A DNA stretch of 40,379 bases from an uncultured delta proteobacterium (GTDB taxonomy: Bacteria > Desulfobacterota > Binatia > UBA9968): contig CAVTUQ010000035.1 in assembly GCA_963737905.1 (NCBI GenBank), positions 1 through 40,379 of the forward strand, in the 5' to 3' direction. Each line of letters starts with the position of its first letter. Positions within the stretch are counted from its first letter, which is position 1. The position numbers and the translations under genes are program-made. Positions 9,471 through 17,647 of this stretch are shown in pieces. The notes beneath the pieces are model-generated. The model saw only the letters and a list, made by a program, of their open reading frames with translations. It had not been told where the DNA came from and searched no databases.

Positions 9471-10226
9471 CTAAGACTTCAAGTGACTTTCGAAAAACTG
9501 CAGTGCCCTCTCCCAGGCCAACCTCGCGCCCTCCGGATGGTAACGGCGAGCCGAATCATCGTGAAAAGCGTGTTGCGCCCCCGGATAGATAAAAAACTCA
9601 GCTTTCTTTCCATGCCGGTTTAGCTCTTGACGCAGTTGCTCGACGTGTTCCAAAGGACACACGACGTCTTGATCACCGACGTGGTATTGCGTTGGACAAG
9701 AGAGGGCCTTCGCAAAGGACAAATAAGATCTCTCTTTGCCATCCGGCGTTACTTCTCCCTTGACGATCACCGGTCCATAGAAATCGACGAAGCAGCGGAA
9801 CACGTCGGTTCGGCACACCGTGTAAAAACCTTTTCCTCCACCCATGCAGATCCCGTAAAGCGCGATGCGATCGCAAATCAACCCCTCACGATTTTTGAGA
9901 TATTGGTAGCCATTGACAAGATCGTCGAAGACTTGATCGTCGGGAAGCGCACGATCGATCTTTTGCCTCCGCTCCACGTCGGTGTCTCCGGCCGGAGGCT
10001 TTCCTCCGATGCGCGAAAAGAGATCGGGGGTGAGGATCATGTATCCCTGCCCGGCAAGCCGACGCGTGACATCCAATCGGTGTTCCGTCATTCCCGGATT
10101 TTCATGGATCATGACGATTCCCGGCCACGGACCCGTGCCGCCCGGCACCGCGAGGTATGCCCTCACTGCCGCGCCCCGGCTCGGATATTCGATCCATTCC
10201 GATGTTGCTTCCGAAGATGTGGCCAT
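9471..10226 (-). CDS. Dienelactone hydrolase family protein
   Basis: IHENPG, GICMGG nucleophile motif, GDQD, YPGAQHAF...ARLAWER; SD GGAGG. Confidence 0.92.
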   Translation of the reverse strand: MATSSEATSEWIEYPSRGAAVRAYLAVPGGTGPWPGIVMIHENPGMTEHRLDVTRRLAGQGYMILTPDLFSRIGGKPPAGDTDVERRQKIDRALPDDQVFDDLVNGYQYLKNREGLICDRIALYGICMGGGKGFYTVCRTDVFRCFVDFYGPVIVKGEVTPDGKERSYLSFAKALSCPTQYHVGDQDVVCPLEHVEQLRQELNRHGKKAEFFIYPGAQHAFHDDSARRYHPEGARLAWERALQFFESHLKS

Positions 10227-10292
10227 CTGTTACCTCCACTGGCTCCTTCAGGTACCAGGACTTCTTCTTTCAAGTCAAGCTCCGTTCATTCG

Positions 10293-10321
10293 TTGAATTC
10301 AGGCTTGCTACCCAATATGAT
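10293..10321 (+). promoter_or_regulatory. Putative sigma70 promoter of the carboxyltransferase operon
   Basis: TTGAAT-17 bp-TATGAT, ending 22 bp upstream of ATG 10344. Confidence 0.5.
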
Positions 10322-10343
10322 TCACGTTATGTCGGGAGGACAC

Positions 10344-11807
10344 ATGAACACCATTCGATTTGTTGACACCACACTTCGCGACGGCCATCAGAGTCTCTGG
10401 GCGGAAAACATGACCACCGGAATGATGCTCCCCATCGCCAAGCGGATGGACGACGCGGGATTCGAAGGCATCGAGCTCATTTCAGGTTCGCACCTCAAAA
10501 AAACCGTCCGGGAGCTTAAGGAAGATCCCTGGGAGCGGGTGCGGCTCGTCTCCAAAGAGATCCGGAAGACTCCCCTTCGCGTCATCGCCGGCAGAGTCAA
10601 CACTTTCGAATACAATCCTCCCTCAATGTACTGGCTGTTCATAGAGCGAATGTTTGCCAACGGCATTCGCGAAGCGCGCATTTCGGACGAATGGAACGAC
10701 TATGAAGGGTGGAAGTTCAGAGTCGGCGTCGCCCATGCGGTGGGAATGAAAGTGATTTTGAATCTCATCTACTCCGTATCCCCCAAGCACAGCGACGAAT
10801 ATTTCGCTGAACGAACGCGCCAGGCAGCCTCGCTCAAACCCTATCGTCTCTGCCTCAAAGATCCAGGAGGATTACTGACGCCGGAGCGAATGCAAACCCT
10901 TGTGCCGATCATTTTCGAGAATGCCAACGGAGTACCCGTAGAGCTGCACACCCATTGTACGACCGGCTTGGGTCCGCTTTGTTGCCTTGAGGGGATGAAG
11001 CTGGGAATTCGATCCATCAACACGGCGGTGCCTCCGCTAGCTGATGATTCTTCGAATCCTTCTCTGTTCAACGTCGCGAAAAACGCCCGCGCACTCGGTT
11101 ACCCAACCGAGATCGATGAAGAAATCCTAAGGCCGGTATCTAAACATTTCACCGCCATTGCCAAGCGCGAGGGTTTCACAATCGGCGCGCCGGTTGAATA
11201 CGATTTTTCTCAGTATCAACATCAGGTTCCCGGCGGTATGCTTTCGAACTTGCGGCATCAATTACGCAAGGTCGGCTTGGAAAGCAAATATCCCGAAGCC
11301 CTGGAGGAGACGATCCGAGTGCGCGCCGAATTTGGTTACCCGATCATGGTCACTCCCCTTTCGCAGTTTGTCGGCAGTCAGGCGGCGATCAATGTGATCG
11401 TCGGCGAGCGCTACAAAGAAGTCACGGACCAGGTGATCAAGTTCGCTTTAGGTCATGCTGGAGGGGAAGGCGCTCGCGACATGGACCCGAATGTGAAGGA
11501 CAAAATCCTTGATCGCCCGCGGGCCAAGGAGTGGGCCAAATGGCAACCGGACGAGCCTAGCGCCGACGATATGCGGCGGAGGCTCGACGCGGTCGGAACC
11601 TCCGACGAAGAGTTGCTGCTGCGCTGGATTGTCGGAAAAGAAGATATCGACGCCATGCGCGCGAATCCCCGCCCGGTCGAATATCTCAACGCGGAACAGC
11701 CGCTCGTCAACCTGTTGCAAGAGTTGAGCAAGCGCACAGACTGTAGCCAGATCCACGTCCAACGGCCGGGGTTCTCGATCACGCTGGAGCGGCGGGCGGG
11801 AGTGTGA
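10344..11807 (+). CDS. Pyruvate carboxylase subunit B / oxaloacetate decarboxylase alpha-like carboxyltransferase, without a biotinyl domain (copy 1)
   Basis: True start is ATG 10344 after GGGAGG; 487 aa; DTTLRDGHQSL, EDPWER, CLKDPGG, ELHTHCTTG, HQVPGGM, GYPIMVTPLSQ; no AMKM motif. Confidence 0.88.
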   Translation: MNTIRFVDTTLRDGHQSLWAENMTTGMMLPIAKRMDDAGFEGIELISGSHLKKTVRELKEDPWERVRLVSKEIRKTPLRVIAGRVNTFEYNPPSMYWLFIERMFANGIREARISDEWNDYEGWKFRVGVAHAVGMKVILNLIYSVSPKHSDEYFAERTRQAASLKPYRLCLKDPGGLLTPERMQTLVPIIFENANGVPVELHTHCTTGLGPLCCLEGMKLGIRSINTAVPPLADDSSNPSLFNVAKNARALGYPTEIDEEILRPVSKHFTAIAKREGFTIGAPVEYDFSQYQHQVPGGMLSNLRHQLRKVGLESKYPEALEETIRVRAEFGYPIMVTPLSQFVGSQAAINVIVGERYKEVTDQVIKFALGHAGGEGARDMDPNVKDKILDRPRAKEWAKWQPDEPSADDMRRRLDAVGTSDEELLLRWIVGKEDIDAMRANPRPVEYLNAEQPLVNLLQELSKRTDCSQIHVQRPGFSITLERRAGV

Positions 11808-11822
11808 ACGAAGAAGATGCCC

Positions 11823-11912
11823 AGTTCAAAGTTCAACGTTCAAAGTTCAAAGTTGCCGGATTGAGAGAATTTGTGACTTAAACCTTGAACATTGAACTTG
11901 GAACCTTGAACT
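11823..11912. repeat. Inverted heptamer arrays (GTTCAAA)x4 ... (CTTGAAC)x4
   Basis: Read directly; forms a long imperfect hairpin in the intergenic gap. Confidence 0.8.
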
Positions 11913-11978
11913 AAATTTCCGGCAGTGCAATAAGAGAGGTAATTTTGATTCGAGGCAAGTATAAGGAGGACTTATTCT

Positions 11979-12836
11979 ATGGCTAGCGACATCGTCGCGA
12001 TCGACGTTCACGTTCACCTATCCGATGAATTTACCCAGAAAGCCAAAGGTTCGCGCACGGCCCAAATGGCGAAATACTTTGGCCGTGAAAGACCGCCGGT
12101 CTCCATCGACGAGATGGCGGATCAGTACCGCGCGCGCAAGATGATGGCCGTCATCATGAATACGCGGGACGAGACGGTTACCGGGCTCACCCCTGTGCCG
12201 AACGACCACGTTGCCGGTGCGGTAAAAAAACATCCCGATGTATTTTTGGCGTTTGGCGCCATCGATCCTTGGACCGGGAAACTGGCTCTGGACGAAATCA
12301 AACGTTGCAAAGACCTGGGACTATCAGGAATGGGCGAGCTGAATCCGGCGCGGCAACATTTTTTCCCTAACGACGTGCGCTTTTATCCTCTATGGGAAGA
12401 ATGCGCGAAACTCAACATGCCGATTCTTTTCCATGGCGGTATGGCGGCGGCCGGCGCGGGAACTCCGGGCGGGATGGGCATCAAGTTGAAATATAGCCAG
12501 CCCATCGCCATCGATGAGGTCGCGGCGGATTTTCCGGAGCTGAAAATCATCAGCGCCCACCCGACCTGGCCGTGGACCGCGGAAAGCTTGGCCATCGCCC
12601 GTCACAAGGCGAACTATTACATCGATCTTTCGGGTTGGGCACCGAAGTACTTTCCGGCTGAGCTCGTCCACAACATCAACACGCTGCTCCAGGATAAAGC
12701 GATGTTCGGTTCCGACTGGCCGGCGATCGGCGTCGAGCGCTGGCTGGAAGAATTCCAACAGGTTAATATGAAACCTGAAGTGCGGAAGAAGATCATGTTG
12801 GATAACGCCAAGAAGTTCTTCGGTCTGGAATTCTAA
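11979..12836 (+). CDS. Amidohydrolase_2 family protein, CouO-like (4-hydroxyphenyl-beta-ketoacyl-CoA hydrolase type)
   Basis: AIDVHVH, PNDHVA, QHFFPND, ILFHGG...GAGTPGGMGIKLKYSQP, SAHPTWPW, DLSGWAPKYFP, FGSDWP; SD TAAGGAGG. Confidence 0.85.
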   Translation: MASDIVAIDVHVHLSDEFTQKAKGSRTAQMAKYFGRERPPVSIDEMADQYRARKMMAVIMNTRDETVTGLTPVPNDHVAGAVKKHPDVFLAFGAIDPWTGKLALDEIKRCKDLGLSGMGELNPARQHFFPNDVRFYPLWEECAKLNMPILFHGGMAAAGAGTPGGMGIKLKYSQPIAIDEVAADFPELKIISAHPTWPWTAESLAIARHKANYYIDLSGWAPKYFPAELVHNINTLLQDKAMFGSDWPAIGVERWLEEFQQVNMKPEVRKKIMLDNAKKFFGLEF

Positions 12837-12849
12837 GCAGGACTGCTGA

Positions 12850-12954
12850 CCACGAAGGACGCGAAGCTTCATTGCGCTCAATCGCCTCGTTACAAGTAGA
12901 TAAGTATCCTGCGCTCGTCGATTCGTGGCGCCTCGCCTCTGAGATCCTTCGTGG
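12850..12954. repeat. Intergenic inverted repeat CCACGAAGGA...TCCTTCGTGG
   Basis: Perfect 10-bp terminal inverted repeat. Confidence 0.55.
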
Positions 12955-13003
12955 AGCACCCTGCAAGAAGGGATTTTCAGTGAGAGGTTTGCAGAAAAAA
13001 TAC

Positions 13004-14474
13004 GTGAATACCGACGGCATTAAATTTGTCGACACCACCATCCGCGACGGCCATCAAAGCCTATGGGCGGAGAATATGACCACCGGCATGATGCTGCCGG
13101 TGGCGGAAGCGATGGATCGCGCAGGCTTTGACGCCATCGAGCTGATCTCCAGCTCGCACTTGAAGAAGTGCGTCCGGGAGCTGAAGGAAGATCCGTGGGC
13201 GCGTGTGAGGTTGATGAGCCAACGGATTACGCGCACGCCGCTCCGGTTGAACGCCGGCCGCTTTAGCGCCTTCGACCTCACCCCGCGGTCGATGTATCGC
13301 CTCTTCATGGAACGGATGGCTGCCAACGGCATCCGCGAAGCGCGCATTTCCGAAGAGTGGAACGAGCTGGAAGGTTGGACGTGGAAAACGCAAGTAGCCC
13401 GTGACGTCGGCATCAATCCGGTTCCCAACATCATTTATTCCGTCTCGCCCAAACACACCGATGAGTATTTCGCGCAGCGCACCCGCGACGCGGCGTCGCT
13501 CAAAGTAAATCGGCTCTGTCTCAAGGATCCCGGAGGTCTGCTCACGCCGGAACGGATAAAAACGTTGGTGCCGATCATGTTTCAAAACGCCAACGGCATC
13601 GAAATCGAGCTGCACACGCACTGTACTACCGGGCTCGGACCGCTGTGTTGCCTGGAGGCGGTCAAGCTGGGCATCAAAATCGTCAACACGGCTCTGCCGC
13701 CCCTCGGCCGACGGTTCGTCGAACCCGTCGCTGTTCAATGTCGCGAAGAACCTCCGCGCCCTCGGTTACAAGACCTTGATCGACGAAGAGCTACTCAAGC
13801 CGGTTTCCGAGCATTTCACGTTCATCGCCAAGCGCGAGGGCTTCCCCATCGGTGCACCGGTGGAATACGACTATTCCCAATACCAACACCAAGTGCCCGG
13901 CGGCATGATCTCCAATCTGCGTCACCAACTGCGCAAGGTCGGCTTGGAACAAAAGATCGATCAGGCATTGGAAGAGACCATGCAAGTGCGCGCGGAGCTG
14001 GGCTACCCGATCATGGTCACGCCGCTTTCGCAATTTGTCGGAAGCCAGGCGGCCATCAACGTCATCGTCGGCGAGCGCTACAAAGAAGTGACCGACCAGA
14101 TCATCCAGTACGCTCTCGGTTATTGGGGCCGAGAAGGGGCCGAGTTGATGGAACCCACCGTGAAAGCAAAAATCCTCGACCGTCCGCGCGCCAAGGAGTG
14201 GGCAGAGCGGCAACCGCCGGAACCGACGGTTCAAGAACTGCGCAAAAAAATGAATGCGGAGGGCGTATCGGACGAAGAATTCTTGCTGCGCTGGAACCTG
14301 AGCATAGACGAGATCGAGACGATGCGCGCCGCGGGCGCACCCAAGGAGTACTTCACCGCGCGCCAGCCCCTGGTTAATTTGATCGACGCGCTGAGCAAGC
14401 GAAGCGACTATCGCCAGATCGTTATTCAAAAGGGGGAAACGGTCATATCGCTGCAAAAAGGCGCTTCGGCGTGA
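13004..14474 (+). pseudogene. Carboxyltransferase paralogue (copy 2), split by a +1 frameshift that may be a sequencing error
   Basis: GTG start at 13004. Removing one G at 13706-13707 (CTCGGCCGAC) restores NTALPPLADGSSNPSLFNVAKN, colinear with copy 1, giving 489 aa with the same motifs. Confidence 0.85.
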
Positions 14475-14563
14475 GTCCTGAGTTCTTTTTGAATTTTCAA
14501 ATGTTTCACCGAGTATAATTTCTCTCCCCTCGACAGAACTCCCGATTCACTCTGTATAATCCC

Positions 14564-14929
14564 ATGGATCGCTTCTTCTTTGCTGCCGGCTCTTTGCTGG
14601 CCTTTTTAGCGGTGGCGCTGGGTGCGTTCGCGGCTCACAGCCTCAAGGCACGTCTCCCCGCTGATATGCTCGCCATCTTCGAAACCGGCGTGCGCTATCA
14701 CATGTATCACGCCCTTGCTTTGCTGGCGGTCGCCTGGGCAGCGTCGCGCTGGCCTGAAAGCAGCGCCGTCACCGCCGGTTGGGCGTTCATTATCGGCATC
14801 GCCATCTTCTCTGGTAGTCTTTACATCTTGAGCTTCACGGGAATGCGTTGGCTAGGAGCCATCACCCCCATCGGCGGCGTTGCCTTTCTCCTGGGCTGGC
14901 TACTCCTCGCCTGGGCCGCTTGGCGGTAG
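14564..14929 (+). CDS. DUF423 (YgdD/TMEM256) family membrane protein
   Basis: AVALGAFAAH, FETGVRYHMYHALAL, IFSGSLY, LGAITPIGG. Confidence 0.93.
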   Translation: MDRFFFAAGSLLAFLAVALGAFAAHSLKARLPADMLAIFETGVRYHMYHALALLAVAWAASRWPESSAVTAGWAFIIGIAIFSGSLYILSFTGMRWLGAITPIGGVAFLLGWLLLAWAAWR

Positions 14930-14938
14930 TAGAGAACT

Positions 14939-15036
14939 GTTCAAAACGTTCCAACCGTTCAAATCGTTCAAAACGTGCGCGCCGCCTATGGCTTATCGCG
15001 ATCCAGCTGTATGCCATAAGCGATCAGCCATAGGCG
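14939..15036. repeat. Composite repeat: four GTTCAAnnC 9-mers plus a CGCCTATGGCT...AGCCATAGGCG hairpin
   Basis: A reverse-oriented homologue lies at 34187-34311, and the hairpin module alone at 30713-30784. Confidence 0.75.
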
Positions 15037-15047
15037 TCTGCTTCGCG

Positions 15048-15076
15048 TTGACTGTCCGTAAACCTTCAAGTACCTT
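15048..15076 (+). promoter_or_regulatory. Putative sigma70 promoter giving a leaderless ald mRNA
   Basis: TTGACT-17 bp-TACCTT; the ATG begins 7 nt after the -10 box; no SD sequence. Confidence 0.5.
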
Positions 15077-15082
15077 GAATTT

Positions 15083-16201
15083 ATGATCGTCGGCGTTCCA
15101 AAAGAAATCAAGACCGAAGAAAATCGCGTCGCGGTGACTCCCACAGGCGTAGCCGGCTTTGTTTCGCGCGGGCATAAAGTTTTGATCGAAAAAGGCGCCG
15201 GTCTCGGTAGCGGGCTCGCGGATCGGGTTTACGAGGCCGCCGGCGCTACGCTCGTCGAGTTGGCAGAAGGTGTTTGGCGCCAGGCCGATTTGATTATGAA
15301 GGTCAAAGAGCCTCAACCCTCGGAATTCTCGCTGCTGCGCAAAGGACTCATCCTCTTCACCTACCTCCACCTGGCTGCCAGTGAGAGCGTTACGCGCGAG
15401 CTGCTCGAACGAAAGGTCACAGCCATTGCCTACGAAACCATACAACTCGACGACGGCTCACTGCCGCTCCTAACGCCCATGAGTGAAATTGCCGGACGCC
15501 TCTCGATTCAAGTAGGCGCTTGGTGCCTCCAGGCGGAAAATGACGGACGCGGCATTCTTCTCGGCGGCGCCTCCGGTGTCCGTCCGGGTAAAGTGGTCAT
15601 CCTCGGGGCAGGCATGGCCGGCACCGCCGCTTGCCAGATTGCAGCCGGCATGGGCGCCTATGTCAGTATTCTGGATATTCATCCAACCAAGCTTCGTTAT
15701 GTGCACGATATTCTCGGCGGTCATGTCACGACTCTCATGTCGAACCGCGCCAACGTGGAAGAAGCGGTCGTCGATGCCGACCTGGTCATCGGCTCCGTGC
15801 TGATTCCCGGTGCCAAAGCGCCCAAACTCGTTTCCCGCTCTTTGGTTCAACGGATGAAGGCGGGTTCGGCATTCGTCGATATTTCCATCGATCAGGGCGG
15901 TTGTGCCGAGACTTCTCGTCCGACGACGCATCGCCAACCGATCTATGTGGAAGAAGACGTCGTGCATTACTGCGTAACCAACATGCCGGCCATTGTGCCA
16001 CATACGTCGACCTACGCGCTGACGAACTCGACACTTTCCTACGGCTTGGAGCTCGTTAACCGCGGTTTTCCCCAGGCGCTGGCGAGAAACAAGGCGCTGG
16101 CCAAGGGACTCAACACCTATGACGGGAAAATCACCCACGAAGGTGTGGCCACTGCCTTCAACCTTCCATTGACCCGGGTCGAGGAGGTGATTCGCACATG
16201 A
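15083..16201 (+). CDS. ald: Alanine dehydrogenase
   Basis: MIVGVPKEIKTEENRVA, MKVKEP, FTYLHLA, IAYETI, PMSEIAGR, DISIDQGGC, HYCVTNMP. Confidence 0.95.
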   Translation: MIVGVPKEIKTEENRVAVTPTGVAGFVSRGHKVLIEKGAGLGSGLADRVYEAAGATLVELAEGVWRQADLIMKVKEPQPSEFSLLRKGLILFTYLHLAASESVTRELLERKVTAIAYETIQLDDGSLPLLTPMSEIAGRLSIQVGAWCLQAENDGRGILLGGASGVRPGKVVILGAGMAGTAACQIAAGMGAYVSILDIHPTKLRYVHDILGGHVTTLMSNRANVEEAVVDADLVIGSVLIPGAKAPKLVSRSLVQRMKAGSAFVDISIDQGGCAETSRPTTHRQPIYVEEDVVHYCVTNMPAIVPHTSTYALTNSTLSYGLELVNRGFPQALARNKALAKGLNTYDGKITHEGVATAFNLPLTRVEEVIRT

Positions 16202-17136
16202 GACTGGTCACCCGGGCCGATTTCGACGGACTTGTCTGCGGCGCGCTTATCACGAAGTTCGAGAACATCGATTCTTATCTTTTCGTCGAGCCCAAATTCA
16301 TGCAGGACGGACTGGTGGAAGTGCAGAGTGGCGATATCATCGCCAACCTGCCATACCACCCCAGCTGCACGCTTTGGTTCGACCATCACATCACCAACAC
16401 GATGCCGGAATTCGACCGCCCCATCATGCCCGGCAAGGGCGGCTTTCGCCTGGCACCCAGCGCCGCGCGCGTGGTTTGCGAGTATTACACCGAAACATCC
16501 AAGTCGAATGACCCCGAGGGGGCGATGCGATTGGCGTTTTTGAATACCCAGCGGATGAAATATCTTCTCGAGGAGGCGGACAAAATCGACGCGGGCAAAC
16601 TGAGCCGGGAAGATGTCTTGAACCCGCAAGGCTACGTCTTGATCTCGATGACCACAGACGGAAGGAACGCCGGGGATGAGCCCTACTGGCTGCGCGTTAT
16701 CGAGCTGCTCCGCGACGAAAATTTGGGAAACATGCTCAACGACGCTGAAGTGAAGCGCCGCTGCCAACAGATCCTCGACGAGCAAGAACAACTACGCAAA
16801 CTCTTGCTCGAACACTCGACCCTGAAGAGCAATGTGATCTACGTTGATCTCCGGGGCGTGGACAAGGTACCGGATGGCAACCGCTTCCTCATTTTTACGC
16901 TGTTTGCGGCGGGAAATATTCAGGTCAAGGTCACCGACGACAGCCAAAGAGCCAACACCACAGCGATCTCGGTGGGTTACAATATCTTCAATCCCACATC
17001 GAAGGTCAACGTGGGCGAGCTGCTGCAGAGATACGGCGGCGGCGGCCACAAGGTCGTCGGTTCCTGCCGCGTACCCAACGACAAAGCGGAACAAGCGATC
17101 AAGGAGATCGTCGAGGCGGTGACCGAAATGAATTGA
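16198..17136 (+). CDS. DHH-family phosphoesterase (exopolyphosphatase-related / nanoRNase-like)
   Basis: RLVTRADFDGLVC, WFDHH, APSAARV, YGGGGH DHHA1 motif; ATGA overlap with ald. Confidence 0.88.
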   Translation: MRLVTRADFDGLVCGALITKFENIDSYLFVEPKFMQDGLVEVQSGDIIANLPYHPSCTLWFDHHITNTMPEFDRPIMPGKGGFRLAPSAARVVCEYYTETSKSNDPEGAMRLAFLNTQRMKYLLEEADKIDAGKLSREDVLNPQGYVLISMTTDGRNAGDEPYWLRVIELLRDENLGNMLNDAEVKRRCQQILDEQEQLRKLLLEHSTLKSNVIYVDLRGVDKVPDGNRFLIFTLFAAGNIQVKVTDDSQRANTTAISVGYNIFNPTSKVNVGELLQRYGGGGHKVVGSCRVPNDKAEQAIKEIVEAVTEMN

Positions 17137-17210
17137 ACGTCTGGAACTTTTTGAACGTCTTGAACCACAACCGACCAGTTCAAATCGTTCAAGCCGTTCA
17201 AAACGTTCAA
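17133..17210. repeat. Inverted 9-mer arrays (TTGAACnnn)x4 ... (GTTCAAnnC)x4
   Basis: Read directly; the first unit supplies the TGA stop codon of the DHH gene. Confidence 0.8.
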
Positions 17211-17249
17211 CCCGTTGCTCTTGTGTCGCAGCGAATGCCTGCTTTCTAA

Positions 17250-17582
17250 ATGAAAGTCATCCATCTGCAAACTGCTCTCAAGCGCCTTCCCAAACTCAAC
17301 CAGGAGATTCGCTACCAGAGCTGCTTCCAAGAAAAGACTTTCACTAGCGGTATCATCGCCTTCCGGCCGCAAAAAAACTCGGACCTCAAGCAGATCAACC
17401 ACGTCGATAAGGACGTCGTTTGTCAGGTGCTCAAAGGTCGCGGCCGGCTGCGTATCAAAGGCCGCCGCATTCGGCTGCGCCCCGGAACGATCTGCCATAT
17501 TCCGAAGGGCACACCCCATGACTTTGCAGCAGGGAAAACCGGCGAGTTGATCTTATTTTATTCGTTGATCAAAACCGGATAG
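17250..17582 (+). CDS. Cupin domain protein (basic)
   Basis: NHVDKDVVCQVLKGRG...LRPGTICHIPKGTPHDF cupin motifs. Confidence 0.8.
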   Translation: MKVIHLQTALKRLPKLNQEIRYQSCFQEKTFTSGIIAFRPQKNSDLKQINHVDKDVVCQVLKGRGRLRIKGRRIRLRPGTICHIPKGTPHDFAAGKTGELILFYSLIKTG

Positions 17583-17607
17583 ACGATAAGCGAAGCCGGG
17601 CTAAGGA

Positions 17608-17635
17608 CGGTTTGAACGACTGGAACGATTTGAAC
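17608..17635. repeat. 9-mer array (TTGAACGAn)x3
   Basis: CGGTTTGAACGACTGGAACGATTTGAAC. Confidence 0.65.
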
Positions 17636-17647
17636 AGCCATTCAAAA

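Noticed and set aside
9627-10343. Apparent 239-aa N-terminal extension of the 726-aa ORF 9627..11807
   Set aside because: It is mostly antisense to the dienelactone hydrolase gene. Homology, an SD and a promoter all point to ATG 10344.
12872-14377. 501-aa ORF with a novel-looking Arg-rich C-terminus
   Set aside because: It is read-through in the wrong frame after the +1 insertion at 13706-7. The true continuation is the 13776..14474 frame.
14530-14560. TCGACA...TATAAT promoter for DUF423
   Set aside because: The spacer is 19 bp and the -10 box is only 3 nt from the ATG, so the geometry is poor.
14939-17635. GTTCAA/TTGAAC arrays as CRISPR repeats
   Set aside because: The units are 7-9 bp and directly tandem, with no unique 25-45-bp spacers and no cas genes.
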